A stretch of DNA of 64,000 bases from a virus (lineage: Duplodnaviria; Caudoviricetes): IMG/VR virus record IMGVR_UViG_3300021400_000049, positions 1 through 64,000 of that record, one strand, 5' to 3'. The translations under genes were made by a program, and so were the position numbers. Below the pieces are notes generated by a model, which worked only from the letters and a program-made list of their open reading frames with translations, searched no databases and was not told the DNA's origin. Shown here in pieces: positions 27,893 to 38,275 of the stretch; the stretch's first letter is position 1, and each line of letters begins with the position of its first letter.

Positions 27893-28339
27893 ATGATAGA
27901 GGAATGGAGAGATATTAAGGGATATGAGGGAATCTATCAAGTCAGTAACTTAGGTAGAGTAAAGAGCTTAGCTCATACTTATAGTAGAAGAAATGGCATA
28001 ACTAAGGCTGAGCATATTATTACTACATCAGAAAGAGTTCTATCACCTTTAAATGTTGGTAGATATTTAAGGATAGGGCTTACTGATGTGAAACATAGAA
28101 CTGTACAACATTCAATACATAGACTTGTTGCGGAAGCCTTTATACCGAATCCTGACAATCTTCCTGAAGTTAATCATTTGGATTGTGATGGTCACAATAA
28201 TATCGTAAGTAACTTGGAGTGGTGTTCACATTATGATAATATTCACTATGCTCCAAGCTCAATGCGTCGTGTAATTGGTGTGAAGAAGAATTGGATATAT
28301 AGAAAAGAAAAGTATGGTAGTACAGGAAAAAGCTATTGA
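27893..28339 (+). mobile_element. NUMOD4-HNH homing endonuclease
   Basis: EEWRDIKGYEGIYQVSNLGRVKS; IHRLVAEAFIPNP..LPEVNH.D....NN..SNLEWC. Confidence 0.9.
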
Positions 28340-28347
28340 TTCATACT

Positions 28348-28382
28348 TTCCAGTCGATACCGCTTTGATTGTGTCTTACAAT
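28348..28382 (+). promoter_or_regulatory. TTCCAG-class promoter
   Basis: TTCCAG-TCGATA-N17-TACAAT. Confidence 0.65.
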
Positions 28383-28417
28383 ATAAAGTGAGAAGTGAGA
28401 AATTTTGACAGTAGAAA

Positions 28418-28645
28418 GTGAGAAATTGTATGGGAGAGCTTTTAACTTTTGAAAGAGGATGTAATCATTGTGAGAATTTAGTAAGAGTAGGTAAGAATAC
28501 ATATGTTTGTAATGCTAGGGCACATATGGACGACACAGATGTAGTTCCGATAATAGATGGCAAACATACAGAAGATTGGAATATTTGTAATGGTGAAGAT
28601 TATCATTATTTTAGAACATTAAAGCTACACACAACTGCAAACTGA
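28418..28645 (+). CDS. Cys-rich hypothetical protein
   Basis: CxxC and further Cys/His; behind a TTCCAG-class promoter. Confidence 0.45.
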   Translation: MRNCMGELLTFERGCNHCENLVRVGKNTYVCNARAHMDDTDVVPIIDGKHTEDWNICNGEDYHYFRTLKLHTTAN

Positions 28646-28656
28646 AAGGAGAAGTC

Positions 28657-29154
28657 ATGGTAAATAATGAGTTGTTAAATAAGATAGAAGAAAATTCGGC
28701 TGAAATAGACCAGACAGTAAAAGATATTATCGAAAAATATTCGGGTGAGCTTGATGATTATATGAATTTTATCAGAGGTATTCTTAGAAATGATGAGCAA
28801 CCACCTACAGATGCAGAGCTTGATGATTTTGCACTTAACCTTTCCACTATGATTTATTACACAAGTGTTGGTGCTGAGCAAATGGGAATAAGAGATGATA
28901 TATCAAGTTCAGCATATAAAGAAGCGTACAATGTTGCCCGCTCTTTACAGAAGTCTGGTACAGTAGCAGATAAAAATACACAGGCTGAACTCGATGCTAT
29001 GGCAGAAAAAGTCATAAGCATAGTTTACAGTAAAGCCTATCGTATTCTTAAAGCTAAAGTAGAGTCAGCACAGGAAGTGCTTTCATCAGTTAAGAAAATC
29101 ATTTCTAGGCGTATGAACGAGTACGAGCTTTCACGAATGAATATGAATAACTAA
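28657..29154 (+). CDS. Helical protein upstream of recA (UvsY-like mediator, tentative)
   Basis: All-helical 165 aa, position before recA. Confidence 0.5.
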   Translation: MVNNELLNKIEENSAEIDQTVKDIIEKYSGELDDYMNFIRGILRNDEQPPTDAELDDFALNLSTMIYYTSVGAEQMGIRDDISSSAYKEAYNVARSLQKSGTVADKNTQAELDAMAEKVISIVYSKAYRILKAKVESAQEVLSSVKKIISRRMNEYELSRMNMNN

Positions 29155-29165
29155 GGAGGAGTACG

Positions 29166-30206
29166 ATGGCTAAAGATAAATCAATGTCACTTGATGAAAT
29201 AATCAAGAAGATAAATAAAGATGCGGGTTCAAATATTGTTGGTTATGGTATTCCTAAGAAAGAATGTACTAGAATACCATTTACTTCACCTCGTATGAAC
29301 TATTGTACTTATGGGGGAATACCTACTGGTAGACTGATTGAGTTCTTTGGGGAGGAGCATGGTGGTAAAACGAGCAGTGCATTAGATATTGTAGGTAACT
29401 ATCAGAGAATGGAAACAGGAAAGAAAGTAGCTTACTTTGATAGTGAGAACACACTTGAACCAGAATGGGCTGCAAAACTTGGTGTAGATTTAGATAATCT
29501 TATTTTATTGCAGCCGGAATCTCAGAGTGCGGAAGATATATTACAGTATATTTTAGAGATGATGGACACAGGAGAGGTAGGATTAGTTATCTTAGATAGT
29601 ATTGCCGCTATGGTATCAGCACAAGAAATGGATAAAACTGTAGCAGATAAAACGTATGCCGGAATATCTATGCCACTTACTGTGTTTGGTAGAAAAGCTG
29701 AGATGTTGTGTCATAAATATAATTGTACTGTAATAGGAATAAATCAGATACGAGATGATTTATCAGCTATGTATGGCGGTGCAATAAAGACACCTGGTGG
29801 TAGAGCATGGAAACACCTATGCAGTGTTCGTATGCAGTTTATGAGAGGTAGCTTTATTGATGAAAAGGGTAATGAGATTAAGAGAAGCTCAGAAAGTCCT
29901 GCAGGTAATAAAGTTCTTATGACAATGGTGAAGAATAAGACTTGTCCTGCAAATAGAAGAGGCGGTTATTATACACTTGACTATGCTAATGGAATAGATT
30001 ACTTAGCAGACCTCATAGAAGTAGCTCTTAGATATAATCTGATAGTACAAAAGGGAGCATGGTTCTCGATAATAGATCCCGATAATGGAGATATATTAGC
30101 TGATAAGATACAAGGTATTGCTAATGTAAAAGAGTTCTTTATGGATGAGGCGAATGAAGAAATACTCACATTCGTAGAAAAATATATAGATAGTAAAATA
30201 CAGTAA
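29166..30206 (+). CDS. recA: RecA-family recombinase
   Basis: GEEHGGKTS, DSENTL, LDSIAA, INQIR, TPGGRA. Confidence 0.95.
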   Translation: MAKDKSMSLDEIIKKINKDAGSNIVGYGIPKKECTRIPFTSPRMNYCTYGGIPTGRLIEFFGEEHGGKTSSALDIVGNYQRMETGKKVAYFDSENTLEPEWAAKLGVDLDNLILLQPESQSAEDILQYILEMMDTGEVGLVILDSIAAMVSAQEMDKTVADKTYAGISMPLTVFGRKAEMLCHKYNCTVIGINQIRDDLSAMYGGAIKTPGGRAWKHLCSVRMQFMRGSFIDEKGNEIKRSSESPAGNKVLMTMVKNKTCPANRRGGYYTLDYANGIDYLADLIEVALRYNLIVQKGAWFSIIDPDNGDILADKIQGIANVKEFFMDEANEEILTFVEKYIDSKIQ

Positions 30207-30211
30207 ATATT

Positions 30212-30238
30212 TAGCGGGAACTTATCAGTTCCCGCTTT
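30212..30238 (+). terminator. Intrinsic terminator
   Basis: AGCGGGAAC/GTTCCCGCT stem. Confidence 0.7.
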
Positions 30239-30434
30239 ACTTTTATATAAACGTGTTATAGAATGTTTATATAAAAAATACGCACAAATGAAAGGAGATA
30301 AATGAAACAGTTATTAGAGCAGTGGTCTGGTAAGTTTGAAATCAACGGGGAAATAGATGTCAACTTAGACAAGCTGAATGTAAAAGATGGAGAAGAGTTT
30401 AGTGTAAGACTCATACCTAAAAACAGAGAGGTAG

Positions 30435-30650
30435 ATGATGGAGAAGATTTATTGTCAGCCTACTGACTGTGAGAATTGTGCTTATGCAGATTGTATAGGT
30501 ACAATTAGAAAGAAAAGAGGAAGAAAGCCATTACCACCTGAAGTTTTGCATCAGCATAGATTAGAGCAGAACAGACGGTATCAAGAACAACACAGAGATG
30601 AAATAAGAAAAAAGAATAGGGAGAGATACCATGCGAAAAAGAATAGCTGA
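30435..30650 (+). CDS. Small basic Cys-containing protein
   Basis: CQPTDCENCAYADC, KKRGRKP. Confidence 0.5.
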   Translation: MMEKIYCQPTDCENCAYADCIGTIRKKRGRKPLPPEVLHQHRLEQNRRYQEQHRDEIRKKNRERYHAKKNS

Positions 30651-31167
30651 GATGTTAGTCCTAGCATCCTTTTTAGCTATTTTTGCAGTCACTAATAGAA
30701 ATAGTCAAGAAGATAAAGACGAGAGCATACAGGCACAAGAAATTGAAGATACAGAGACTTATTATATGTTGCATCACGAAGATTTTAGAGAAGAAATAGA
30801 GGAAGTTAGAAATGAGGTGATGTATGGTGAAGTTGAGTTACTAGCTATATTGATTCAAGCAGAAGCGGGCAATCAAGATGAACTTGGTAAAAGATATGTA
30901 GCAGATGTGGTATTGAATCGAGTAGACAGTAAACAGTTTCCAGATACTATTGAAGAGGTAATAAATCAAGATAATCAATTCTCAGTAATATTAGATGGTG
31001 CATATGATAAAGCTGAGTGGACAGTGTGTGAAGATTGTTTTACAATCGCACTAGATGAATATACAGGACCAAGAAAGAATACAGAGATATTGTATTTTAC
31101 AAGTGGTGAGTATAATAGTTCAGGAATACCAGCGTTTAAATATGGCAGTCATTATTTCAGTAAGTAA
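30631..31167 (+). CDS. SleB/CwlJ-like cell-wall hydrolase (Hydrolase_2)
   Basis: TM/signal N-terminus; LAILIQAEAG, VADVVLNRV, FPDTIEEVINQ.NQFS, GSHYF. Confidence 0.85.
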   Translation: MRKRIAEMLVLASFLAIFAVTNRNSQEDKDESIQAQEIEDTETYYMLHHEDFREEIEEVRNEVMYGEVELLAILIQAEAGNQDELGKRYVADVVLNRVDSKQFPDTIEEVINQDNQFSVILDGAYDKAEWTVCEDCFTIALDEYTGPRKNTEILYFTSGEYNSSGIPAFKYGSHYFSK

Positions 31168-31186
31168 GAGAAAAGGAGCTAACAAA

Positions 31187-31696
31187 ATGAATGTAGGTTA
31201 TAAGGATATTAACACGGTAGATGCCGCAAGGATGTTGAAAGTAGATAAATCATCAATAGTATATTGGTGTACTAACAATTACATCAATTATACAAATGTT
31301 AGTGACGGCATACATAAGAAAAGATACTTAATTTCTGAGGAAGAAATAGATTATATTAAGAGTCTTATCAAGGAGCATGGCAAAAGAAACTGGCGTAAGT
31401 TTTACGACAAAGATTGGAATAAGAAGGAGAAGAAACCAATGAACGTCATTACATCAGATGAAGCCATGTTTATTGAAGAAGTTAGGGAGAAAGAAGAAAA
31501 AGAGAATAAGCCAGCTACTAATAATAAGGTAGATATAGATAGTGTAGCAATAACTATTGGTTATATACAGGACATCAAAGAGCGACTAAAAGACTTAGAG
31601 GCAGAGAAGGCACAGTTGCTTAACGAATACTCTCAGCTTAAACAGGAAGTAATTAGCGCAATATCATTGGACAATGATTTAGAAAGTAAGGAATGA
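31187..31696 (+). CDS. HTH plus coiled-coil protein (putative regulator)
   Basis: AAAGGAG RBS; TVDAARMLKVDKSSIVYWC HTH. Confidence 0.6.
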   Translation: MNVGYKDINTVDAARMLKVDKSSIVYWCTNNYINYTNVSDGIHKKRYLISEEEIDYIKSLIKEHGKRNWRKFYDKDWNKKEKKPMNVITSDEAMFIEEVREKEEKENKPATNNKVDIDSVAITIGYIQDIKERLKDLEAEKAQLLNEYSQLKQEVISAISLDNDLESKE

Positions 31697-31697
31697 T

Positions 31698-33732
31698 ATG
31701 GAAATGACGATTGATGAAGCTATTAGGTATTATGAAGATAAAAATGTTGTTCTTACCGAAGAAGAAGCATTAGCTAATACTGTAGCAATAGAAACCATGA
31801 AGAAATATCAGCATATAGAGGATGTAATGAAGGACTATCGTAGTAATCCTATAGACTGTTTGTTTAGGATACATAGAATATTAGAGGGGTGAGATATGGC
31901 AGATATAGAATTAGTAATTAAAATACCAGAGGATGAATATAACATAGCAAAATACGGTCAATATGGAAACATAAATGTTAATGTTGTTAGAAAAGCAATA
32001 GCAAACGGCACACCACTTCCTAAAGGGCATGGAAGATTGTTTGACGAACGAGATATTGTTAGTAGTAACTATGAGGTTATTGGTAATAGAATATATGAAT
32101 TAGAGCCAATCATAGAAGCAGATAGGGAAGAAAAGGAGAATAAAAATGCGTGATTATTTACCAGAAATTATATCCATCATTGTGATTATATCAGTAGCTG
32201 CCGCAATTATCTTTGGAGTATATAAAGCTGGAATAAAACGAGATGACAAACTTTGGAATGATGGTCATTGTGACGTTTGTGGAGGCACTTGGAAGTATGA
32301 ACAGTCAGTAGGGCATAGGTATTCTACAACATATATTTATGTTTGTGAAGACTGTGGTAAGAGGATAGAACTTAATGAGGTGAGATGAATGACAAGAGAA
32401 GAAGCAATTAAAAGATTAAATCTTATTCTTGAAACTAACAAAATGACACTTAATGGATTTAATACACCACATGAGCCGTTAGAAAAAGAAATTGAAGCCC
32501 TTGATATGGCAATCAAAGCATTAGAGCAAAAGCCAAGAGAAGGGAAATGGATTTCAAAACCTAATGTATATGGAGTAACGTACTGTTCAGAGTGCGATTT
32601 TGAATTAAAGATAGATGATACTAATTATTGCCCTAAATGCGGTTGCCGTATGATTGAGCCACAGGAAAGTGAGGATAAGGAATGATTACAGATGCTATTA
32701 TTCCATACGAAGATATAGATGAAGAAATTATAGATTTATGCAGAGCATTTAATGACATTGATGGGATTGAAACAGTAGAAAGTTGTTGTGGACACGGAAA
32801 AGAAACTTGCAAAATATGGTTTATAGTAAGAGATATTAAAACATTGAGCAGATTATGTTTCCATTGTTTTAATCACGAAGATTTTTGGAAAATTCAAGTT
32901 GATTTGGGCGACCCACATAGGGATTGGAATGAATTACATTTTTGTTTAATATCAAAAAGAATTTGTAAGCAATCTGATTTTGACAAACTTGCTGACAGGA
33001 TAAATCAAAGAAAAAAAGATATGTTGTATTCTGATGATGAATGGAAAAGTTTTCGGTACTTTGAAATTCAAGAAAATGCAATTAAAGAACTTTCAGAAAA
33101 AGAAAATTATTCGACAGTTTATGTTTGTTAAGATAAGGAGAGGTAGAAGATGGGCGAACATGATGAACATATTGCTTTTGAAATGGGGTATGACAAAGGC
33201 TTTAAAGATGGCATAAAAGGCTCAATCCCAAAAGCCGACTACGAAAATCGCTTAAAGGCTGATTTAAAGGCTATTCTTGTTGAGTTGCAGTTGGAGATTG
33301 AGGAAAATGGCATTGTAGATTTTGAGGAAACCTATGTTGATGATGGAGAATGTATTATTTCTGTTAGTGAGTGTAATAGGCTTATTCAAGAGAAAATCAA
33401 CGCACTAAAAGGAGATGCAGATGAAACCTAAACTATTGTTGCCCTTCGTATTATTGTTTGTGCTTACAGGTTGTTCAGAAGTAGAAAGTAAGTACATTGT
33501 GGACTACAGGTATAATGCACCAAGAACAGATGTAGTGACTGATTATAAGTATGAATGGAATTGGCATGAGGATGAATATCAATTAGTGCCTGATACTCAC
33601 ACAAAATATGTACCAGAATCTTATGAGCTGATGTGGGAAATCAGATACGATAATGGTCACATATCAAGAGATTGGGAATCATGTACCAGATATGAGTATG
33701 AAAATGCGAAAAAGGAGTTGGGAGATGAGTGA
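31698..33732 (+). other. Run of small accessory ORFs (31698-31892, 31896-32153, 32146-32388, 32389-32685, 32682-33131, 33150-33431, 33421-33732)
   Basis: Tightly packed ORFs with RBSs; Zn-ribbon proteins, a GIETVESCCGHG protein, a probable lipoprotein (LTGC). Confidence 0.6.
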
Positions 33733-34045
33733 GAAAGTTAGAGCCGAGAAATCTTTGAAAGAGAAAGGACTTATTTAGATGTGTATTGTAGCGATAGTAT
33801 CTGGTTTATGTTTAGTGTCTTATGTAATTGGTTATAAGATAGGATATTCTGACTGTTTTAAATACTTAAAACAAAAGTTAGAGGAGTATAAACATGCCAA
33901 AGAAATGTGAGACTTGTAAATATGCAGTTATAGGTAAGTATAGTCATTTATATGGTGGTAGACCTATAGGTTGTGCATATCCAAATGATGGTAAATATAG
34001 GCATTGTAGGAAAGAAGCTGATAATATTAGGGGGATAAAAGTAAA

Positions 34046-34486
34046 ATGAAATATGAAAGGTTAAATGTTTTAAAACAAAAGAGTATTAGCGAATATATGT
34101 CCGATGATTGTATTCAAGATGTCGCCAACCTTTTAAAATCAAAAGGTGGTAATAGAAGTCAGAGAAGAAGATTGGAGAAGTCTTTAAATAAAGTCGAGAA
34201 CGTATTATCCCATGCTCAGAGAAGGGTAGATGATTCAGCATATAGGGAGTATCAAAAGGCCGTAGATAGAAATTATGTGCATTTCTTTTCATGCCTAGCA
34301 CTGACAATGATAGAAGATTATGGTTGGCAAGAAACTGAGAATAATGACCACGGGCAAATAACATCTTTATTAGAAAGAGTGGATAAAAAGATAAAGAAGT
34401 ACGCAGATTTAGGATATACTACAGAAGATTTAACCAAAAAGCTAGATGATATTACAGGAATATTATTAGTGCCAGATGAGCATTAA
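34046..34486 (+). CDS. Hypothetical protein
   Basis: 146 aa ORF. Confidence 0.55.
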   Translation: MKYERLNVLKQKSISEYMSDDCIQDVANLLKSKGGNRSQRRRLEKSLNKVENVLSHAQRRVDDSAYREYQKAVDRNYVHFFSCLALTMIEDYGWQETENNDHGQITSLLERVDKKIKKYADLGYTTEDLTKKLDDITGILLVPDEH

Positions 34487-34498
34487 AAGAGGTTAGCT

Positions 34499-34867
34499 AT
34501 GCAAACAATCAAAGAGAAGATAAGACAAAGAAGAAGGCAGATGTTAGTTCATTCTTATATATACTATGAGCTAAATGAGAATATAGTAAGTGATGCACAG
34601 TGGGCTAAATGGGCTAAAGAATTACAAGAGTTACAAGAAAAATATCCTAAAGAGTCAGCAGAAGTGGAGGAATATGAACAGTTTAAGGACTGGGATGGTA
34701 GTTCAGGTGCATTTTTAAATTTTGGAGAAAACACAAAGACCGTCGCAAAAATTCTTTTAGATATGAAATCAGGAAGTAAAATCTCAAATTCTACTATTTT
34801 AATTTACCATTCTGAGAAAAAATCTCAAAATACAAAAGTTAAATCAAATACAAGGAGTTTATTTTAA
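34499..34867 (+). CDS. Stand-alone NAD-dependent ligase domain Ia-like protein
   Basis: HSYIYYELNENIVSDAQWAKW..EL.ELQEKYP resembles the LigA N-terminal Y..Y...P.ISD.EYD pattern; no ligase core. Confidence 0.55.
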   Translation: MQTIKEKIRQRRRQMLVHSYIYYELNENIVSDAQWAKWAKELQELQEKYPKESAEVEEYEQFKDWDGSSGAFLNFGENTKTVAKILLDMKSGSKISNSTILIYHSEKKSQNTKVKSNTRSLF

Positions 34868-34966
34868 ACGTATTGACTTTTACGTTGCATTACTGTAATA
34901 TTGATATTGTAAATGATATATAACACGTTTAAAACGATATGAACGAGAAAAAGGAGAAAAAACGAG

Positions 34967-35251
34967 ATGACACTATTAGAATTACAGGATGTATTAGGAG
35001 ACAGAATTAAAGTAGCTTTAAAAGAGAACATGACACCAGAACAGAGGCAGACAGAGAATGAGCAGTCAGCATTGATTGTAGGCTTAGCAAAGCAGATGAT
35101 TAACAATGGAGACCTTATTCTCAGAACAGAGAAACTTGCCGCTCAGACAAAATCACTTTCAGAGTCAGCCGCTATGAAGCTGATAACAGGCAGATTGATA
35201 GACGAGCAGAAGAAAGTAGAATCGGCTATTGAGAATGTAGTGGAGAAGTGA
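34967..35251 (+). CDS. Helical protein paired with HNH gene
   Basis: AAAGGAG RBS, own promoter (TTGACT about 34874). Confidence 0.55.
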   Translation: MTLLELQDVLGDRIKVALKENMTPEQRQTENEQSALIVGLAKQMINNGDLILRTEKLAAQTKSLSESAAMKLITGRLIDEQKKVESAIENVVEK

Positions 35252-35252
35252 T

Positions 35253-35939
35253 ATGAGCAGAGAGTATACGGAAGAGCAGATAGAGTGGATAAAGGGTAAC
35301 AGAAGCGGTCATTCTTATCAGGAATTAACTGAGCTGTTTAATGAGCGTTTTGGCACAAACAGAACATTTAATGGTATAAAGACAATGTGTACTCATAGAC
35401 TTCATGTCTGTGATACACATGAGCCCTATACAAAAGAACAGGATGAATGGTTAATCGAAAATGCTTTGAAGTATAACAATTATGCAGAAGTTGCCGAAGA
35501 GTTTAATAAGCTCTTCGGCACAAATAAAGTTGATAGAGGTGTTCAGTCTCATTGTGTTAGAGTATTGAACATAATATCAGGCAGACAGTCAAAAGCTCCT
35601 AGTGGTTGGAATAAGCAGCCTATAGGCGCAGAGTTGCTTACTAAAGAAGGTTATACTTTAGTAAAAATAAATGACACAGGCATTAAGAATAAAGACTGGA
35701 TAACTAAACAAAGATATATCTACGAACAACACTACGGTAAGATAGGCGACACTGATATAGTAGTATTCTTAGACGGAGATAAATCAAATTATTCTTTAGA
35801 TAATCTTGAGGCTATACCTAGAGCTATAAGTTTAAGAATAAACGCTAATAAATGGAATCATCCTAATAAAGAGTTCACTTTAGCCGCTATAAGATGGTGT
35901 GAGTTGTATTATGTGTTGAAAGCGCAAGGCGCTATTTGA
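35253..35939 (+). CDS. HNH endonuclease with N-terminal SANT/Myb-like repeats
   Basis: YTEEQIEW repeats; VVFLDGDKSNYSLDNL HNH-type motif. Confidence 0.75.
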   Translation: MSREYTEEQIEWIKGNRSGHSYQELTELFNERFGTNRTFNGIKTMCTHRLHVCDTHEPYTKEQDEWLIENALKYNNYAEVAEEFNKLFGTNKVDRGVQSHCVRVLNIISGRQSKAPSGWNKQPIGAELLTKEGYTLVKINDTGIKNKDWITKQRYIYEQHYGKIGDTDIVVFLDGDKSNYSLDNLEAIPRAISLRINANKWNHPNKEFTLAAIRWCELYYVLKAQGAI

Positions 35940-35954
35940 AAGGAGAATTAAGAA

Positions 35955-36257
35955 ATGGAAAACGCAGTAACAAACAATGTAGTATTAGACAAGAAGTTAG
36001 ATGGATATTCAATCGAGATGAATAACTATATAGCTCCTCAGGAAATCACAGTTACCATTACTCTTGCAGAGTATAGAGAACTGGTGAAGAAAGTAGCAAC
36101 AAGAGATGCAGATGTTGATAGGGCTAATGCTGACAAATGGAAGAGAGAGGATGAGAACAGTAAGCTCAAAGCGGAAGTAGCTGAACTTAAGGCGAAGCTC
36201 TATGAATTACAGAATAACATGAATGATGCTAAGGAAGAAAAGTCAGATGAGGCCTAA
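35955..36257 (+). CDS. Coiled-coil hypothetical protein
   Basis: AAAGGAG RBS. Confidence 0.55.
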   Translation: MENAVTNNVVLDKKLDGYSIEMNNYIAPQEITVTITLAEYRELVKKVATRDADVDRANADKWKREDENSKLKAEVAELKAKLYELQNNMNDAKEEKSDEA

Positions 36258-36594
36258 GAATTTTTCTACAAGATTTTATAGCTCTCGTCAAGAGAAGCGT
36301 GTGGCGAAAGCAGTAAATGGTAAACAAGTGGCAAACTCTGGTGCACCTATATTTGTGGCAGGTGATGTAAGAAATGACCTCTTCTTATTAGAATGTAAGA
36401 CACATACAGAGTTCCGTGAAAACTTTACAGTAAAGCATAGCTGGATAGAAAAGAACAGAGAAGAAGCATTTCAGATGGGCAAAAGATACTCAGCACTCGT
36501 TTTAGATTGGGGCGATGGAGAAAATCATTATCTTATTGATGAGAGGTTGTTTCAAGAGTTGTTAGAGCATTTAAGAGAGGTGAATAAAGAATGA
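36247..36594 (+). CDS. PD-(D/E)xK Holliday-junction-resolvase-like nuclease
   Basis: QEKRVAK, NSGA, GDV, LLECKT. Confidence 0.7.
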   Translation: MRPKNFSTRFYSSRQEKRVAKAVNGKQVANSGAPIFVAGDVRNDLFLLECKTHTEFRENFTVKHSWIEKNREEAFQMGKRYSALVLDWGDGENHYLIDERLFQELLEHLREVNKE

Positions 36595-36866
36595 CATTCC
36601 GAGAAGAGGAGAGAATAAAAAGAAATAGATTGATATTTGAAGATTTAGATATAGGCGACGTATTTACTCCATTGGGTGCAAAATATTGTGATGTAAAGTT
36701 CGTTAAATTGAGTAATCTTAAAGAAGAGGATAAGCCGATACCAAAGAGACTGCCAAATGCAATAGCATTATACAACACTCATTATATTGTATTTCCGCAG
36801 AAATATCGGGTTAAGAAAGTAAAGTCAATCACAGACAAATTTACTGAGGATGAAGATGAAAATTGA
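36591..36866 (+). CDS. Hypothetical protein
   Basis: 91 aa ORF. Confidence 0.5.
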   Translation: MTFREEERIKRNRLIFEDLDIGDVFTPLGAKYCDVKFVKLSNLKEEDKPIPKRLPNAIALYNTHYIVFPQKYRVKKVKSITDKFTEDEDEN

Positions 36867-36992
36867 TATTTTAGAGTATTTAAAAGAAGAGGAGAAAAAG
36901 AAAAGAGAACGGGAAATACAACTATATGAGGAACTAGAGTATATGTATGAGTGTGGATTATATAATCCACATGAAGATGCGGGAGATAGAAT

Positions 36993-37208
36993 ATGAATAA
37001 AACTCAGTTAGTAAGAGAACATCTTTTAAAACATGGCAGTATTACTTCTTGGGATGCCATAAATCTTTATGGCGAAACAAGATTATCTGATGTAATATTA
37101 AAACTCAGACAAAAAGGCTGGGACATAAGAACTATTATGGTAGAATTTACAGATAGATATGGTAATGTTGGTACTTATGCAAATTATGTATATAAAGGAG
37201 ATAAGTAA
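36993..37208 (+). CDS. Winged-HTH protein
   Basis: HLLKHGSITSWDAINLYG.TRLS.VI.KLR..GW.I. Confidence 0.65.
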   Translation: MNKTQLVREHLLKHGSITSWDAINLYGETRLSDVILKLRQKGWDIRTIMVEFTDRYGNVGTYANYVYKGDK

Positions 37209-38275
37209 TGGAAAAATCATTGGCTATCAAATATAGACCTCACTGTTGGGAGGATGTAATTGAACAGGATGCAGTAAAGATTATTTTAAAACAACAGTTA
37301 AAAAGCGGTAGTGTTCATCAAGCTATGTTATTCTGTGGACCATCTGGTGACGGCAAGACAACAACTGCGAGAATACTTGCAAACGAGCTGAACAAAGGTA
37401 AAGGTAATGCTATAGAGATGGATGCAGCCAGCCATAATAGTGTAGATGATGTCAGAGAGATTATAAAAATGGCAAGCTCAAAGACTATTGATGGCTCAGA
37501 ATATAAAGTATTTATCATTGATGAGTGCCATTCACTTTCAAATACTGGTTGGCAAGCATTTCTGAAATGTATAGAAGAACCGCCAGCTAAAGTGGTGTTT
37601 ATCTTCTGTACAACTGATCCTCAAAAACTTCCTGCTACAATTCTGAGCAGAGTACAGAGATTTCAGTTTCAGAAAGTAAGTACAGACGGCATATTTAAGA
37701 GATTGGTACATATACTGTCAAAAGAATATCCATCAAAAATATCTGAGAATGATGTGGGTACAAAAGTAGACCGAGATGCTCTAATGTTTATAGCTAAGTT
37801 AGCAGATGGCGGTATGAGATTAGCTATTCAGTATCTTGAAAAATGCTTGGCATATAGTGATGAACTTACAGTAGAAAATGTGGTAAAAGCTCTTAATGTC
37901 ACAAATTATGATGATTATATAGGCATAACTAATCTTTTATTTGATCCTAGTGACAGAGCTAGTCTAATTACAAGATTAGATGAAATTTATGCGTCAGGAG
38001 TAGATTTTAAGCAGTTTTTAAAGCAGTATGTATCATTTATATTAGATGTAAATAAAGCGTTGATTTTAGACGACCTTGATGATGCATTTCAGTATATCAA
38101 TCTGCCAAGAACAAGTGAGATTGAGACGTGGCTAACTACCATTTTAGAACATGGAGATTTAGAGTTCTTCAACAAACTACTTTCCCATTTAGTAAAACTT
38201 GACGGTGATGTGAAATATTCACAGAGCCCTAAAGTCGATATTGAAGCAGGTATATTATTGTTTGAGGTGAAATGA
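37208..38275 (+). CDS. dnaX: Clamp loader gamma/tau subunit
   Basis: LAIKYRP, GPSGDGKTT, MDAASHNSVDDVR, IIDECHSLS, LKCIEEPP, TILSR. Confidence 0.95.
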   Translation: MEKSLAIKYRPHCWEDVIEQDAVKIILKQQLKSGSVHQAMLFCGPSGDGKTTTARILANELNKGKGNAIEMDAASHNSVDDVREIIKMASSKTIDGSEYKVFIIDECHSLSNTGWQAFLKCIEEPPAKVVFIFCTTDPQKLPATILSRVQRFQFQKVSTDGIFKRLVHILSKEYPSKISENDVGTKVDRDALMFIAKLADGGMRLAIQYLEKCLAYSDELTVENVVKALNVTNYDDYIGITNLLFDPSDRASLITRLDEIYASGVDFKQFLKQYVSFILDVNKALILDDLDDAFQYINLPRTSEIETWLTTILEHGDLEFFNKLLSHLVKLDGDVKYSQSPKVDIEAGILLFEVK

